Position numbers and translations under genes: made by a program
The notes under the pieces: model-generated
The model's database searches: none
Seen by the model: only the letters and a program-made list of their open reading frames with translations
Told to the model about the DNA's origin: nothing
In this document: one piece after another, positions 1-20,092 of the stretch
How the letters are laid out: each line of letters opens with the position of its first letter
Position numbering within the stretch: position 1 is the first letter of the stretch
Source of the DNA: Emiliania huxleyi CCMP1516
Taxonomy: Eukaryota
Direction: 5' to 3'
Length of the DNA: 64,000 bases
Assembly (NCBI RefSeq): GCF_000372725.1
Contig: NW_005201392.1
Span: forward strand, 537,660 to 601,659

Positions 1-2256
1 GCTGCTGCTGGCGCACGGCGCTGACCCGAACGCCGCCAATATGGGCGGCAGCACGCCGCTCCATGCCGCCGTTGAGATGGGCCAGCACGAGCTCGCAGAG
101 TTGCTCGTTTCAAGCGGTGCAGACGCCTCCTCGCCGTCAGGCCTGCTGTCGCCCGAAAGTGCAGCCCCTCGCATGATCGCAGCGACCGGTCCGTGGGGTG
201 GTGCCTAGGTGAGGGGTCACAGCCGCTCAAGATGGCCCTCGGCCAAGGGGATGCCGGCATGCTCGCTCCGCCCTCCTGCGCGGCGGCGCTCTCTCCACGC
301 CTCTCTTGTGATTGTGTGCACGGCTGTCCTGGTCAGGCATGCTCTGCGCCCTCCTGGGCGGCGGCGCAGCCCTCGACGGTGAGACGGTGCAGGCCGCCTT
401 TTGGACGGCGGCGCGGCTGGCCGAGCAGACGGCCGACGGCGGGCTGCTGCCGGAGGAGGTGCCTCGGCTGCTGCACCACGTGTTCGACGCGGACTTCGCG
501 CACCTGCAGGGGCGGCGGCGCTTGACGTACAACGTCACCTGCCGGCAGCCCGCCGAGCACGCGCCAAAGACGCGCTCGGAACATGAGCCGGGGTTGCGGC
601 GCCCGCGGAGACCGAGGGAGCTTGCACCAAGCTGCCACGAACCTTCTCACCTTCCTGCAGGTACCTGCGTCGTCGGCGAGGAGCTGCTCGGAGGAGGAGG
701 AACCTCCCCTGAGAATTCTCGGAACCTCCCTACAGGTACGGCGTCGTGGACGAGGAGCTGCTCGCCGTGCCGCTGCGGGAGGGGCGCGCGTGCGTTGGCG
801 GCGCGTGTTGCGAGGCGTGCTCTCGCCGCGCACCTCCTTCCCTCCCAGCTTCACCTCTCTCGGGGCAGCGCCCCGCCTGCGGCGCCGTGCCCGCTCACGA
901 GCTCAACCATATGATTCATCGACCAAGCTTGGCCCTCTGACTATTGCACTTTGTCTGTATGCCTTCCCCTGTGACGCCACACAACGCCTCGTGTGTAAAA
1001 ATGCCCCGTGTGTTCCGCGAGTGCGTGCGCCCCGTCATCCGTGTGAGCACGTGTGTAACGCTGACTGACTGCTTGGGGGCTCGTAGGTGTGCTCACGGGT
1101 CACCTTCGACTCGCTGTGCACGCCCGAGGAGGCGGACGCCTTCCGGCAGGAGCTGGAGGTGGTCTGGTGCGCCAGCGACCGTGCCTCGTTCCATAGTAGC
1201 GTACTCGCCCTTGCGTGCCCCCTCAGCCCCCACGACCCTCGCGAGTCCAGAGAGAGATGGAGCCGGCGGCTGTGGTCTCTAGAGTGCGCCGGCCCGTGCT
1301 GTTTGCAGGCCGGACGACACGGGCCACCAGTTCAGCCTCTCCAAGTGCGCGTTCCGCGACGTGCGCACGTCGCTCCTCTTCGTGCGGCTCGTCGAGCGGA
1401 TGCGCCGCTCCATTGCGCACGAGTTTGGGCTGCCTCTCTCCACCGTCACGCCGCTGCAGACCTTCGTCTCCTTCTTCGAGGGACGGGGCGCCCAGCAGGG
1501 TGCGTGACGCGACACACAGAGAGACAGGGCGCAGGGAGCGTCAGAGACGCGTCGGACCTGGCGCCCACACGTCGCGAGACGCACCCCTCTGGCGCCGACT
1601 CGCCGACCTGCAGGTAGTAGTGGTAGTGGCAGGCAACCTTACTTCCGTGATCGGACCCCTCTCCACGCACCACGCCGACCTGCAGGTGGGCTGCACTCAG
1701 ACGAGAGCACCTTCCCCGAGTTCCACTACTCGGCCGTCCTCTACCTCTCCACGCAGGGCGACGACTTTGAGGGCGGCACCTTCTCGTGGAGCGACCCGCC
1801 CGAGGCAGCCCCGCCCGAGGGGCAGCCTCGCCGCCACGTGAGGAGGCGGCGTGTCTCTTCACACTGCGGGGCCGAGTGAGTTAGGCGCCGGGCGGGCCGC
1901 GCGTCGCCACGCCCCTCGCGCCCAGCAAAGGCGCCGCCGTCGTCTTCTCTAGTGGCTGGGAGAACATGCACGAGGCGGAACCCCGCTCCCGGTCGGGCCG
2001 GCGCCGCCATGAAGCTGCCCCGAGTCTTGTCGGAACCTTCCTGTAGGTGGAGCCCCTCCGGTCAGGCAGGCGATTCGCCGTGCCCTCCTTTTTCACGACG
2101 CTGCCCGGCGGGCCACCAGCCGAGGCGACGGTGCCCACCGAGCCGCGCGCGGTCGCGGACGAGCTCTGGCGGACGCTGCTGGCGCCGCAGACGGCGGCAG
2201 ACCCAAAGGGATTTTTCCTCAAGTGGCACGGCCTGCTGGCGCCAGGGCACGCGTGA
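1..2256 (+). CDS. Ankyrin-repeat + 2OG-Fe(II) oxygenase (OGFOD3/prolyl-hydroxylase-like) protein, multi-exon, 5' truncated by the window edge
   Basis: From nt 2: LLLAHGADPNAANMGGSTPLHAAVEMGQHELAELLVSSGAD (ankyrin). Later exons read LHSDESTFPEFHYSAVLYLSTQGDDFEGGTF (~1690-1785; HxD), VFSSGWENMHE (~1940-1972; distal His) and VEPLRSGRRFAVPSFFT (2047 on; 2OG-binding Arg), with stop at 2254-2256. Exon boundaries are approximate. Confidence 0.8.
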
Positions 2257-2784
2257 GAAAGAAGGGGGCGCACCCCGAAACAGCGTGCCAAACAGCGTGC
2301 TACTGTGTTGAGTGCTGGAGGCGCCCCTGATGCCACTGGACTCGATCCGAGCCGGCGGCGCTTTCGTCCGGGCCCACGGTCGGCACGCCATCTCGATTTC
2401 CACTCGCCCGACGCGCTCAGTCTCAGCTGACGGCTGCCGCAAGAGCGGCTGGCTAACGACAGCGTCTTGCCGGTTGTCGGATGGGAGAGTACAGAACGTC
2501 TGGAGTGTAACTGTGTACGTGAGATCGGTCTTGGTAACAAGCACAGTGTGTCTATCGAAGCGATGCACTCGTTTCCGTTGCCTTCGAGCTTGACACAGAG
2601 CTCAGCGCGCCCCGCAAAACAGGAAGAAGCCGTCCGGCAAGAAGAGCTCGATAGGGAGCGAGAACCGTTAGAGGTGCTCCGGGAGGTATCAGGTCTCCGT
2701 CACGACACGGTAAGATCGCCCCAACAATGACCGCGAAGACGTCGGATCTCGTTGAGATATCTGCTCTTCCGACCCGGCAGCATC

Positions 2785-4730
2785 TCAGAGAGGTGCACAA
2801 AGGCTACGAGTGCTCCGCCTGCTGCGGGCGGGCGCGGATACGAAGCTGCGCACTACGGACGGCAAAATCGCGCTGCAGTGGGCCAAGGAGCGGGGCCACG
2901 CCGAATGCGTCGAGGTCTTGGCTGAGGCGGCGGCGGCTGCAGACGGCCGAGCGGGGCCGGGCGGCGCTTCCTCGAGCGCGGCAGCGGCAGCTGTGGACGC
3001 GCCGCTGCTCGGCCAGCGAGTCGAGCTCGGCGGGCTCTCCTCCCGCCCAGAGCTAAACGGGATGCGGGGCGTGGCTCGGAGCTTTGAGGGCGGACGGTAC
3101 GTTGTGGCGCTCGAGGGCGGCGGCGAGAGTGTGCGGGTGCGGCCGGGTAATCTGTCGCCAGCGGTGTCAAGGGGTGGCGTGCCAGTCTCCGATGCGGTTG
3201 TGGCAGCGGCTGACCGAGGCGATGAGGCGGCGGTGCTGGCGTGGCTCGAGGTCGGCGGGCGGGTCAACGCGACGTGCGAGAGAGGTGCGGTGAGCGGCAT
3301 CACGCTGCTGATGGGCGGCGCGCGCAGCGGCCACGAGCGGGTGGTCGACCTGCTGATACGGCGCGGCGCTGACATCAACCTGCAGAACAGCGTCGGCGTC
3401 ACCGCGCTGATGAACGCCGCCTTCAAAGGCTACGAGCGGGTGGTCGAGCTGCTGATTCGGCACGGCGCGGACATCAACCTGCAGAACAGCGACGGTAGCA
3501 CCGCGCTGATGCTCGCCGCCGGCAAAGGCCGCGAGCAGGTGGTCGAGTTGCTGATCCGGCACGGCGCGGAGATCAACAAGCAGGACAGCGACAGCTACAC
3601 CGCGCTGATGTTCCGCCGCCCAAGGCCACGAGCGGGTGGTCGAGCTCCTGATACGGCGCGGCGCGGAGATCAACCTGCAGAACAGCGGCGGCGGCACCGC
3701 GCTGATCATCGCCGCCTACAAGGGTCACTTCGCCGTCGTGCGTCAGTTGCTGGAAGCGGGCGCTGATACGCTGCACACTGCGGGGGGCAAGACCGCGCTG
3801 CAGCTTGGGAAACGGCCTCGCCGCGTGCGTGTGTGCCCTCGAGGAGCATGCGGCGGCCGAGGCCGAGGCGAGGGCGGCTGCTAGGGCAAGGGCGGCTGCT
3901 TGGGCAGAGGCGAGAGTTGCGGCGGAGGCAAGGGCGGTGGCGGAGGCGAGGGTGGCGGAGGCGGCGGCGGCGGCTAGAGCTACTGCTGAGGCGGAGGCGG
4001 TGGAGGCGGCGGCCGCGACGGAGGCGGCGGCGGCGGCGGCGGTGGCGGCAGCAGCGCAGGTGGAGGCGAGCAGAACGCGGCACAACGAGGCTCTGCGGGC
4101 GGCAATGGCTTCGCACGGGTTGCAGGAGATCAGAGACGCGATCGCCGCCGGCTGCGAGCACGCGAGCCCGGGTGTGCTCACCGAGGCGCGCCGGCTGCGC
4201 GACCGCCTGCGAGAGGAGGCGCGCAAGGCGGCGAAGCGAGAGCGGCTCGCGGCGGAGCGCGAGGCGAGGCAGGCGGCAGCTCAACGGGCGGCGGAGGCGG
4301 AGGCGGCGGAGGCGGAGGCGGAGGCGGCTGCGGCGAAGGAAGCGTCGGAGCGCGAGGCGCTGGCCGCGCTACAGCGGCTCGTGAGCGCGGACAGCGCAGA
4401 GGCGCTACGTATCGCGATCGACGACGCCACGCCACACGCGGGCGCGATCGACGCTTTGGACGAGGAGCTACCGCGATCGGCGCTTCGCCTCGCAGCGCTT
4501 GAGGTTTGCTTTCCGAGGCTGCTGCACAGACGGCAGCAACGGTGGTGGGCGACGTTGACCCACTCATGTGCGTCGTGTGCATGAGCGAGCAAATCACCCA
4601 CATCATGGTCCCGTGCGGGCACCACTGCGAGGCTTGCTCGGATCGTCTTAGGGAGAGACACCTGCCATCTCCGTTGTGCAACCAGCCGTTCACGATGGCC
4701 ATGCGCGTTTACGCGGCAGGTGTCTCGTGA
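2785..4730 (+). pseudogene. Ankyrin-repeat / SH3-like / Ala-Glu coiled coil / RING (C3HC4-like) gene with several frameshifts (pseudogene or low-quality sequence)
   Basis: Tandem ankyrin repeats (GADINLQNSxGxTALMxAAxxGxERVVELLIRHGA) at 3300-3800, GQRVELGGLSSRPELNG...GRYVV...VRVRPGNL module at ~3010-3155, EA-rich helix at 3840-4500, and CVVCMSEQITHIMVPCGHHCEAC...PSPLC at 4568-4680. Frame changes at ~3612, ~3805 and ~4505 with no room for introns. Confidence 0.7.
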
Positions 4731-5090
4731 TGTCTGATAAACGGAGAACTGCAAGGTCGTATTTCTTTTTTAGATCTGCCAGTCCGCGCCAGTCCGCGCC
4801 CTTGGTGCCAGTGTGCTGTGAGAGAGGCTTGCGGTTGGAGCACTTGGAGCACTTCGGTTTGAGAATTCTTTTTTAGATCGATTCGGTGGTCGTCCCGCCT
4901 GGTCGTTAGGTTGTTCAGCAGCTCCCGAAGCGGCCGACTTCCGCCTCCTGATCCNNNNNNNNNNNNNNNNNNNNNNNNNNNNNNNNNNNNNNNNNNNNNN
5001 NNNNNNNNNNNNNNNNNNNNNNNNNNNNNNNNNNNNNNNNNNNNNNNNNNNNNNAGATACGAGACAGAAAGAGACTTCGCAATAGAGTCT

Positions 5091-12565
<7,475 letters not shown>

Positions 12566-13320
12566 CTCTATGCGTCCCGATGGCCTTGCAGATCTCTATG
12601 CGGAGCCCAGCTGGCGGAGCCTACCGATGGCTTGGTTTCACCGCCCAAAATTCCCTTTAGGAAGAAACTTGTGCGTAAGGTACCCGAAGCAGAAACTAGC
12701 GCAGACGAGAGCAGGGCAGACCCGGGGACTGGGGAGCCGGAGCAGATGGCATCGGCCGCCGAGGGAACGTTGGGAAGAGGCACGAGGAGGGCGGCGACCT
12801 CGACCGACTATGGAGGACCCGTCGCCAGACGACGCAGGGCAGAAGACGGTGAGGCGGAGCAGACGCGCAGGGCGAGACGAGGGAGGGAGCAGGATGTTGC
12901 GGAGATCAGCAGGAGGATGTACGACGAGATTAGGAGCAGCAGGGACCCGAGGGACCATGTGGAAGACGGCTAGTGCTAGTCCCCCATCGGGAGGACGACC
13001 CCGCGGCTAGTCGCCGACCACACCCACAAAGAACCCTGCACAAAGATCGCAAGGGCGGGGACCTGTTCCTTTTTTATTACCCACCTCACAGTAGAGAGGT
13101 GTCCGTTTTTATTTATTTATTTATATAATTCCGGGGACGAGAGTTCGAGAGAGCCATCCCAAGTCTCGACACACATGCATGCACATTGCCGGAGGCGCCT
13201 AACTCACCTGCCAACACACAAACGGCAAACCTGTGCGTGCCACCAAACCGCCTCTAGCGAGCCGAGTGGCAGGCGGTTTGCCGCTCGCCCCAGCAGCGCC
13301 GCGGGCTCGGTGGTGAATCG

Positions 13321-14313
13321 TCACAGCTCGAGCTCGCGCTCTGACAGCGGCGCAAAATACCTGTGGAGAAAGAAACTCGTGAGCACATGAGGCTCACCCC
13401 GGTGGTGCTGCAGCGGCGCAAGGTACTCTGCGACGGACTCGTCCGCGACGTCGGTCAGGCTCTGCGGCGCCCAGCGCGGCGCCTTGTCCTTATCGACCAG
13501 CGCAGCGCGGATCCCCTCGAAAAAGTCCGACGGCTGCCGCATGAAGCGCTGGCAAGCGCGGAACTCGGCGCGCAAGCCTGTGGTGTGAGTGCAGGCAGCG
13601 GGCGTGGGAATCGGCACCGTGCAGAGTATTCAGAGCATCGCGTGAGCAAAAGGGCTACTCGAGGACCGCTGAATACAGCCGGACGCACAGTGCACTTGAG
13701 AGCACCGGGACGTGTATCCAACATCTATGAGCGCAAACATTCCGACAGCGGCCGGCCCCTTGCCTCGATGAGAAGCCGGAGCGTCACCTAAGGTAACGCG
13801 AGGGAGGGCGACGTCTCACACACCCACACGAGTTGGTGGGACACGGGCCGCAACCCTCCCATCTGCTCCAGTCCAGGCAGGCAGGAGCGCACGGTGCAGG
13901 GCGAAGGCACGCGCGCGGGCGAGCGTCACCTTGCATGACGTGGGCGACATGCGCGAGAGTGTGTGCCGCGTCTCGCTCGCCTGATGAAGTGATAATGGGC
14001 GAACTCAAAAGACAGGGGGGAGGGAGGGTGTGCAGTCGTCTCGCTCGCCCAAGCACAGCCGGCGTCCTTGTCCCGCGCGCGCAGTGCGGCGACGATCGCC
14101 TGGCAAGTGGGGTGGGTGAGACGCTTCCCACACGACTGGGGTGACGCTGGGGCGAGGCGTCTCCCTCGCGTCTCCACGTCCAAAGGCTCGAGACCCTCAA
14201 GTGCAGGCGGGTGAGCGTTGTGTGTGTGTGGGGGGGGGTGCGTGTGCGTGCGTTGCGTGCGTTGCGTTGCGTGCGTTGCGTTGCGTGCGTTGCGTGCGTT
14301 GCGTGCGTGCGTG

Positions 14314-14373
<60 letters not shown>

Positions 14374-15309
14374 TTGCGTTGCGTTGCGTTGCGTTGCGTG
14401 TGCTGTGTGTGTGTCCGAGGTGGCGCGCCTCGACAGTCGGCTGGCCAAAGCATTCGTCGATCGCGTGCTGCACCGCCTCGAGCCGAGACTTGCCCGGGCT
14501 CGCTGCCACCGCATCGAGCGCCTACGTGGCGGAGGCGCCAACGTCGGGAGGTGAAGGACACGTGCCGAGCAGTGTCTTCAGAGCACCGCGTGGTTGTCCA
14601 AGTCCTGTCTCCTCTCTATGCAGCATCTAGCGTCGAGCGCCGCGCTGACGTCGTCACTGCTGCCGCAGCCCTCGAGCGCCGCGGCGAGCGAGGGCAGGGT
14701 GCTCGAGGGCACGTAGTGCGTGGCGAGCCCCGAGTAGAGCAGGTCGGCCGGGCCGAGGCGAGAGCCCGTCAGCGCCAGGTACGGCCCCAGCCCGCCCGGA
14801 AGCGAGGAGAGGAAGTGGGAGGCGCCGACGTCGGGGAAGAGGCCGATGTTTGTCTCGGGCATCGCAAACAGCGCCTTCTCGGTGGCGACGCGGAACTTCC
14901 CGTGCACCGACAGCCCGGCGCCGCCACCCATGCAAATACCGTCCCAGACGGACACCTGCGGCTTGTCCGAGGCTGCCAGCGCCGCGTTGAGCGTGTACTC
15001 CTCCCGGAAGAAGGCGTCCGCGATGTTGCCGCGCGCTGGCGGCTCCTCCTTGGCGGCGAGCATCACCGCCTTCACGTCTCCGCCGGCGCAGAAGGCCTTG
15101 CCTTCGCCGGTCAGCAGGAGGCACCGCACGGAGGCGTCGGTGCTGGCGTCTTGGAACGCAGCCTGCAGCTCCCGGACCATCTCGAGGTTGAGCGCGTTGA
15201 GTGCACGGGGTCTTTGCAGCGTAATCGCCGCCAGCGAACCACGGCGCTCGCAGGAGATGTAGGATTGCGTGGGTTTGGTCGACATCATGCGGCGCGAGAG
15301 GTTGCGCAT
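13321..15309 (-). CDS. HIBCH: 3-hydroxyisobutyryl-CoA hydrolase-like (crotonase family), probably mitochondrial, multi-exon
   Basis: ITLQRPRALNALN, GKAFCAGGDV, WDGICMGGGAGLSVHG, FAMPETNIGLFPDVG, C-terminal DFFEGIRAALVDKDKAPRW...YFAPL. Arg/Ser-rich N-terminus. Confidence 0.93.
14215..14412. repeat. Compound (GCGT)n/(GCGTT)n/(GT)n microsatellite in a HIBCH intron
   Basis: Directly visible. Confidence 0.95.
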
Positions 15310-15728
15310 AGGAATTCTGCTCGTTGGGCTGCGGGCGCTGCGGGCGCCTGGGGCGCGTAGTTCGGATGAATTCTTTTTCGTATGTTGGTCAGGGACAAGA
15401 CCGGGAGGATCGCTCTACCGGCAAACCTCTCGCTGACATGCGCACCCCGTCGAGCTGACGGCGGGCGCGCTGAGGTCGCACGCCAAGCCAAGTAGTTATA
15501 TGCCAATGGCATGCGATCAAGAATCGGCCCACGCACCTCTGCTTGCATACACTCATACATTGGATTGTCATTGCCTGTGAGTGCGAGATAGGGCTAGCCG
15601 CTGGCGGCTAGCCCCTGAGGAGAGTGACCAGAGACACCTCACATGACCCCACACACGGTCTAGTCCGGCCTCGCGGTCGGCGGAGATTGCTAGAGGACGA
15701 GCAAGCCTGCTCTAGCCTCGCATATTAC

Positions 15729-15934
15729 CTCCTGTCGTCTGTTGTGATGTTGTGCCCTTGTTTGTTTCTCTTGGCACCTTGGTGCTTGGAGTGCTGGGGG
15801 GGGCGACAGGAGGAATGTGGCCCTGAGTTATGTGTACGCCAACTCAGGGTGTGTGGCAGCCAGCTGGCTGTGTGTCTTGTGAGCTTGTTTGTGTCTGTGT
15901 GTCGCTCGTGCGTGTCGTCATCATCTGTCCCGCG
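15729..15934. repeat. Dispersed repeat fragments: 15729-15772 is identical to 35159-35202; 15849-15934 resembles 48090-48177
   Basis: CTCCTGTCGTCTGTTGTGATGTTGTGCCCTTGTTTGTTTCTCTT occurs twice; GCTGGCTGTGTGTCTTGTGAGCTTGTTT...GTCATCATCTGTCCCGCG occurs twice. Confidence 0.85.
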
Positions 15935-16127
15935 TCCACCCATACCGCGTTGGTGTCCAGTCCGAGCCTGGCTGTTCTTCACCTTTCTACCTACCTACCT
16001 AGGGACAGGAGGACAAGACCCTTCCTTCTAACACTTACTTCCTTCTTGGGCGATGAGGGATTCGGCCACCGGCGAGCAAAAGGAAAAGAAACTCGATTGT
16101 AGCGTCCAGAGGAACGAGTGGGCAGGC

Positions 16128-16763
16128 ATGGCGGAGGCACCGAACCCGGGGTCCGACGCGCCGGCGCCCGACCCGGCGATGATGGAGCAGCTCATGAAGG
16201 CCATGGGCGGCGGCGGCGGCAGCGGCGGCGGCGAGGGCGGCGGAGGCGGCATGGACATGGCGGCCCTGCAGGCGATGCTCGGTGGGCTCGGCGGTGGCGG
16301 CGGCGGGCTCGGCGGCGGCCCCGAGGCTGAGATGCGGCGGCAGGCGCAGGCCAACCAGGCGGCGCAGGCGGAAAAGAACTCTGGCGAGGCTGACGGCGGC
16401 GCCGACGGCAAGGCATACAAGTGGGAGCAAACCAGCAAGGTGTGCGCCACTTCGCCCACAGATAGAGAGGTCCGTCGCCTCCGCCTCTCACCCCCTTCAT
16501 CGTCCCGTCCGCAGTACGGCGAGAGCGAGATCATTGTCCGCTTCCCGCTCAAGACGCCGGTCACGAAGAAGGACGTCAAGGTCACCTTCAAGGCTAAGGC
16601 GCTCCTGGTGGTGGTCGCAGGCGAGGAGCTGCTCAGCGGCGCGACGTTCGGCACGGTCTCCGTGGACGACAGCACCTGGTGCCTCGTCGAGAAGGGGTCC
16701 GAGCTTCAGCTCCTCCTGGGCCTAGCGCTTGACGAAAAGTGGACCTCGTTGCTCGCCGCGTGA
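16128..16763 (+). CDS. CS-domain (NudC/p23-like) co-chaperone with a Gly/Met-rich N-terminus
   Basis: YKWEQT...EIIVRFPL...TKKDVKVTF...LLSGATFGTVSVDDSTWCL; in-frame GT-AG intron at 16440-16514. Confidence 0.85.
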   Translation: MAEAPNPGSDAPAPDPAMMEQLMKAMGGGGGSGGGEGGGGGMDMAALQAMLGGLGGGGGGLGGGPEAEMRRQAQANQAAQAEKNSGEADGGADGKAYKWEQTSKVCATSPTDREVRRLRLSPPSSSRPQYGESEIIVRFPLKTPVTKKDVKVTFKAKALLVVVAGEELLSGATFGTVSVDDSTWCLVEKGSELQLLLGLALDEKWTSLLAA

Positions 16764-17399
16764 TCGGCGTCATCGCGTCCTGATCGTCGCCGCGCGCCCG
16801 CACTGCGCGCGTCCTCTCTCTAACGGCGGCCCCCTCCCCCGGGCGCTCCAGCTACCCCCACAGCCGGCGCGTGGGGCACTAGCTGGGCAGAGGCGTCTCT
16901 GAGACGGTCGAGGAGATGGCCCGCCGGCGGCGCGCGGCTGTCCACCCAGACTCTCGGGCGGTCCGAGCGTGCCCCCGGGGGGCAGGCGGGCAGCATCCGG
17001 CCTGTGCCGTCTTTAATCGGCCCCTCCCTCCCCCATTCATTTCTTCACAACGAGCAACATTAGATCGGGTACATATGTACATCTGCCGCAAACTTGCATT
17101 CGCGTTGTCTATCTCAGCTTTTTGGCTCGCCGTCGCGTGTCGCGAGAGAGCTCGCCTCGGCCTCGGAGCTCGGTCGCCGGCCGCTTGCGAAGGGCCTTGC
17201 ATATGCTGTATGCAAAAACGTACGAGCCCTCTCTCGCCATGACCCATGTCGCAGTGTCGCTGACGGGTGTCGCAATCCATGGTGTGTGACACATTGAGGG
17301 TGTACAACACATGCACATGCACAGTGCATGCACACATGCACACATACACATGCACACGCACACGAGAGCTTCCTGAGCTCTCCCCTGTATGTAGCATCG

Positions 17400-18295
17400 T
17401 TAGTCGTACCACCATGCCTCCGCTCGTGTATCGTGCGGGCTGGCCGGCGCAGGGGGCAGCCTGTGGTGGCCGCACGATCGACCCTGCGGCACCGCCTCCA
17501 ACCCGTTTTTCGTCGTCAGGTCTGCGGGATCGTCGCCGGTGAGGCCGAGCCACCGCGTGCTCGAGCCGCGCTGCGAGCGCCTCGCCAGCGCTGCGCAGAG
17601 CTCGTCGGCGCGCGTGGCGACCGCGGCCGCGGCCGCGTGACGCTCGTCACGCACCGCGGTCGTCAGCTCGGTGCGGATGGCCTCGGCCTGTGCCAGAAAA
17701 GATGCCTCCAGCCGCTCCAGCCGCTCCTGGTGCGAGCTCGCCTGCGCAGGACGCGGCGCGGCGGCTTAGGCGGCGGGGCACTCGAGGTGACCCATGACCC
17801 CTCGGACGCGTCAAGGAATCTCCCTCCCTCCCCGTCTCTTCGGCGCGCCAGCAGCTCGAGCCGGGAGCGCAGCCCGGCGGCAGCGCGTGACTCCACCGCC
17901 GTCAACGCCTCCACCGCCGCCTCCAGCTGCTGCTGCGCAGCGCCACTCTCCTCCGCCGCTCGCAAGAGCTTCTCGGTCGCTGCCGCCACCCCGAGCGACA
18001 CTGTGGCCAGCGCGTCTTGCTCGGCGCCGCCGCAGGCCGCCGCGGCTGCGACCGGCGTCTCGGGCGCGAGCCAGGTCGCCGAGGTCCCTCGCCCTCTGCC
18101 GCCAACCGGTCGATCGCCGGGATGTTGGGCGGGTCGGCGGTGCGCGCGCGGCTCGGGAAGAGGCCAGCCCAGCGATCCACGCTCAGTAGGTATTCCGGCA
18201 GGCGGCGGCATGAGCGGTGCTGCGGCCGGTGGCGTGTTGCTGTCGGACGGTAACGATGCGAGCGCCTCCGCCGCGAATCGGCCTCTGGACGCCAT
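17400..18295 (-). CDS. Hypothetical protein, probably spliced, with a coiled-coil-like segment
   Basis: ATG at 18295 and helical stretch ATEKLLRAAEESGAAQQQLEAAVEAL; no family recognised. Confidence 0.35.
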
Positions 18296-18766
18296 GAGGT
18301 GTCTGCCGGCGCGATAGAGTTTTCCAACCGCCAGCGATTGCTGCCGGGGGCACTCTCGATCGTGACTAAAGAATCGTAAGAGCGCACCGGCTCAGCGCAC
18401 CGGCTCACCACCGGAGCCGCCTAAGCGACTCCGTTAAGAACGGCAATGCACTCCGCACCATGCACAATGCCGCTCTCCCCGCACGCTAGCTCGTTCACCG
18501 TCTGCCACGCCACGGCGGTGTGGAGGACGACCGACAAACGCTGCATTTGCACCAGCGGTCGCACGACACGATTCACGCGACAGGTGAGAAGAAACGCAAT
18601 TTCGCCGCGAGCACCATACAGGGATTTCTTCGTTTCTTTTCGTCGCACGCACATGTACACATGTTGTTGTAGTTCGTTGTGGAAAACAACTTCTCTTGTT
18701 GTGACTCTTCGAGGGAGCTTTGTTGAAAAATTCTCTCTCTTTTGGTCGGACCTTGCATTTCAAGAA

Positions 18767-20092
18767 GAGAGTCGTGATTTCTTGTTGGTCTTCAAAAATA
18801 TCTCTCTGCATTTCTCTCTAGCAAAAAAGAAAGAATGACAGTGCTCCCCGGCCCTGGATGGATGTGAGGTTACTGACTGCATGCACTCCAAGTGCTCCAA
18901 GTGCGCCACCGCAAAGGTACATGTACCCCGCTGATCGAGTGAGGCACTAACAAAGAAGAATTGCTGTCGCTTCAGCAGGGGAAGGAAGGAAGGGAAGGAA
19001 CGACAGAGGCCGCCACCAGAGAGGGATTTGTACTTTCTTTTCGTTAAATGTAGTTCGTGTGAGCGAGAGAGAGATCTTTGAAGACCAACAAGATTTCTTG
19101 TGTGTGGAAAACAACTTTCTCTTGTTGTGAGGAGGGGGGGGGGGGGCGGTCACCTACTTTGTTTCATTCAAGAAATTCTAAAGCTTTCTTCCCGGGAGAG
19201 AGTTGCATCTTTAAATTCTTCCGCGGCTGGATGCGGAATGTCATTGGTCAATGCACGCGTCGTCTGCTCAGGTCACCTCTATGCGGAAGCCAATGAGTGT
19301 GTTTGTGTGTCTTCTGGCCTGCACCGGCACTGCTGTAGGGAAGCCGCCGTCGAAGACCGTATTGCAGCCGGGGTCGATGCAGAAACGAGTGCAGACCCTG
19401 CTGCTCAGTCCATCACACGCCGCACTCGTCGACGTCTTGCCGGGTCAGTGTCTCGGAGGACGCAGTCCTGTGTACGAGCGAGCGCTGCTTGCGCTGGCGG
19501 CGCTCGGCGTCTCGTGCATTCTCTTCGTGTGTCTCACGATCGTGCTCCAAGCGGTGCGTCGCATACTTGCTGCAGGCATGCTTGGGTTGGACGCGGCCAG
19601 GGTGGCGGCTGCCTGGGCGGCGGCGGACTTTCCGGCATCAATTAGCGCCGCGTCAATCGCTGACCCTACCACATTCGGCTAGTCAATAGGCGGTGGCGGT
19701 GACGGTAGACGCTAGGACTCCGCGCTTGCTTCCACTCAACAACCAGGTTGAGGCCGCGCGCCCCGGAGGCGGCCCGGCCTGCGGTCTCACAGTCTGCGCG
19801 TCCGCCTCATCCCATCCGCGGATTTGATCGCCGCTTTATCATGCGCATTGTCAGAGCTCGATGGGTGATGGCGACTGCTTCCTTCACAGACCCTGGTCCC
19901 TTTTAGAGAGAGATTTTTGAAAACCAACAAGAAATGAAGACTCTCGCAGTAACTTTGCAACGAATTGTGCGCTCGAGTCCGCGAAAGGTGAACGTGCGTC
20001 GAAAGTGCGTGATCTTCACAGAGCGACAGATGAGGGACGAGACTGATAGAGATTTTGAAAACAAACTTTCTACAAACAAGAAATCACGACTC
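18767..20092. repeat. Cluster of a ~40-nt AT-rich dispersed motif (GAGAGTCGTGATTTCTTGTTGGTCTTCAAAAATATCTCTCT) in both orientations
   Basis: Copies at 18767-18807 (+), ~19064-19092 (-), 19905-19945 (-), ~20048-20092 (-), and one more at 28563-28600 (+). Confidence 0.7.

Noticed and set aside
13784..14630. ORFs with HART/CVRA repeats (also 53672-54685 and 38485-39108)
   Set aside because: Translations of microsatellites and low-complexity DNA.
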